Assembly (NCBI GenBank): GCA_028534125.1
Contig: CM052817.1
Location: 46,316,001-46,380,000 of the forward strand
Length of the DNA stretch: 64,000 nucleotides
Direction of reading: 5' to 3'
Origin: Lama glama
Lineage: Eukaryota
Below, one piece after another: positions 62,776 to 64,000 of this stretch. The notes below the pieces were generated by a model. The model saw only the letters and a program-made list of their open reading frames with translations, made no database searches and was not told where the DNA came from. A program made the translations under genes and the position numbers. Numbering within the stretch: the stretch's first letter is position 1; each line of letters opens with the position of its first letter.

Positions 62776-63530
62776 TTTTTTTTCTTCAAATATTTATCTG
62801 GAATCAAATGTCTGGCATTTATCTGGCTATTTCAATTATTTTCAAACATATGAGATAGTATAATAGTGATTTCATTCATAGATTTGAGACTGATTTTAGA
62901 CTATTATTGTAAGTAGATCTAAGTCTTCTAAAAATGAGAAACAATTCATGTGAAAAATATAATAGAATTTCTGTGACACCCTAATAATGATACCTATCAT
63001 TTATTAAGTATATAATCTGTATTAGATAATGAGCTAAATGGCTTAAAAAATGTACCTTAATGAGCCCTCAGCCCTCTTCTGGGTTCCTTCCATCACCTTT
63101 GTTTTAGAGGTGAGGGAACGGAGGCAGAAAGAGCAGCGTGGTCACGCAGTGAGGAAGCTGTGTGGTGGATTCAAGCACTGGAGACTTTTTGTAGGTACTG
63201 CTCTTGAACGCCATGAGGCTCCAAGTGAGGGGACAAGGGCTACTCTGCTGAAGGCAACAATGAGCAGTATACACACGAAACTTCAGAAAACCTTAAATTG
63301 TGCAGATCCATGTTCTATAGGGTCATACAACTATGGAGACGCTCTAAAAGAAAAAAGAAAAATTACAATGTAAAAATGAAACTTGATTTTGAAAAAAATA
63401 TATATAAAAATATATATATAACAAATAAAAAATTTATGGGGCTGAAAAATACCACTAAAGAAAATTAAGATGATAGTGTGTGCTTATTAAATAACCACTT
63501 GCAACACCATTAAAATACTTCTACTATTCA

Positions 63531-63666
63531 GTTTTTCTTTTGGGGGGTAGTAATTAAGTATTTATTTATTTACTTACTTACTTATTTTGTATAGAGGTAC
63601 TGGGGGTTGAGCCCAGGACCTCGTGCATGCTAAGCATGCACTCTACCACTGAGCTACACTCTCCCC
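63531..63666 (-). mobile_element. tRNA-derived SINE, camelid Vic-1-like
   Basis: Reverse complement GGGGAGAGTGTAGCTCAGTGGTAGAGTGCATGCTTAGCATGCACGAGGTCCTGGGCTCAACCCCCAGTACCTC followed by a (TAAG/TAAA)n tail. Confidence 0.85.
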
Positions 63667-64000
63667 TATGATCTCCAGTTTGGGTTACATAATCTTGTTT
63701 TCCTCTTCACATAACAAGGATTTTTAAGGTGATCGGCTATACAAAGAGTAGAAAGATAGTTTATTCTTTCTGTTAGGTTGGTTGATCAAAATTTGTTTTT
63801 ATTGTAGATAGCTGGATCTGTAATTTCATAGATGGATGCACTGAACTATTTGTTATGCTACTGGAGGTGTGTGCTCTACAAACATAGAAATTCTGATAAA
63901 TTCTATGTAGCATGATTCCAGTCAAGTAGGGAAAAAAAGTGTGAAACATTTACAATTGTAAACCCTGCATTATTAAGTATATTCCTGAAATGGGAAGATT

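Noticed and set aside
47000..64000. Intact CXCL15, PPBP, PF4 or CXCL5 gene
   Set aside because: No intact CXC exon 2 or CLDP/CLNP exon 3 found by eye on either strand.
1..64000. CRISPR arrays, rRNA or prokaryotic systems
   Set aside because: Sequence is mammalian (spliced genes, LINEs/SINEs); the tandem repeats have no spacers.

Overview
Mammalian genomic DNA, probably camelid (two Vic-1-like tRNA-derived SINEs). It covers the MTHFD2L end of the ELR+ CXC chemokine cluster. On the minus strand are MTHFD2L exons 1-3 with a CpG-island promoter, and two intact 4-exon GRO-family genes (CXCL1/2/3-like, 104 aa each) with TATA-like, NF-kB and GC-box promoters and AU-rich 3'UTRs. The two GRO genes sit in an old tandem duplication, yet their 5' halves are almost identical, suggesting gene conversion. 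A 500-N gap in the first GRO 5'UTR probably hides only about 1 bp. The rest is mostly L1, L2, MIR, MaLR/ERV LTR and Tigger/hAT remnants, several of them nested; repeat names are from recognition, not a database search. Upstream (49-58 kb) are speculative spliced-ORF, chemokine-remnant and enhancer-like signals.
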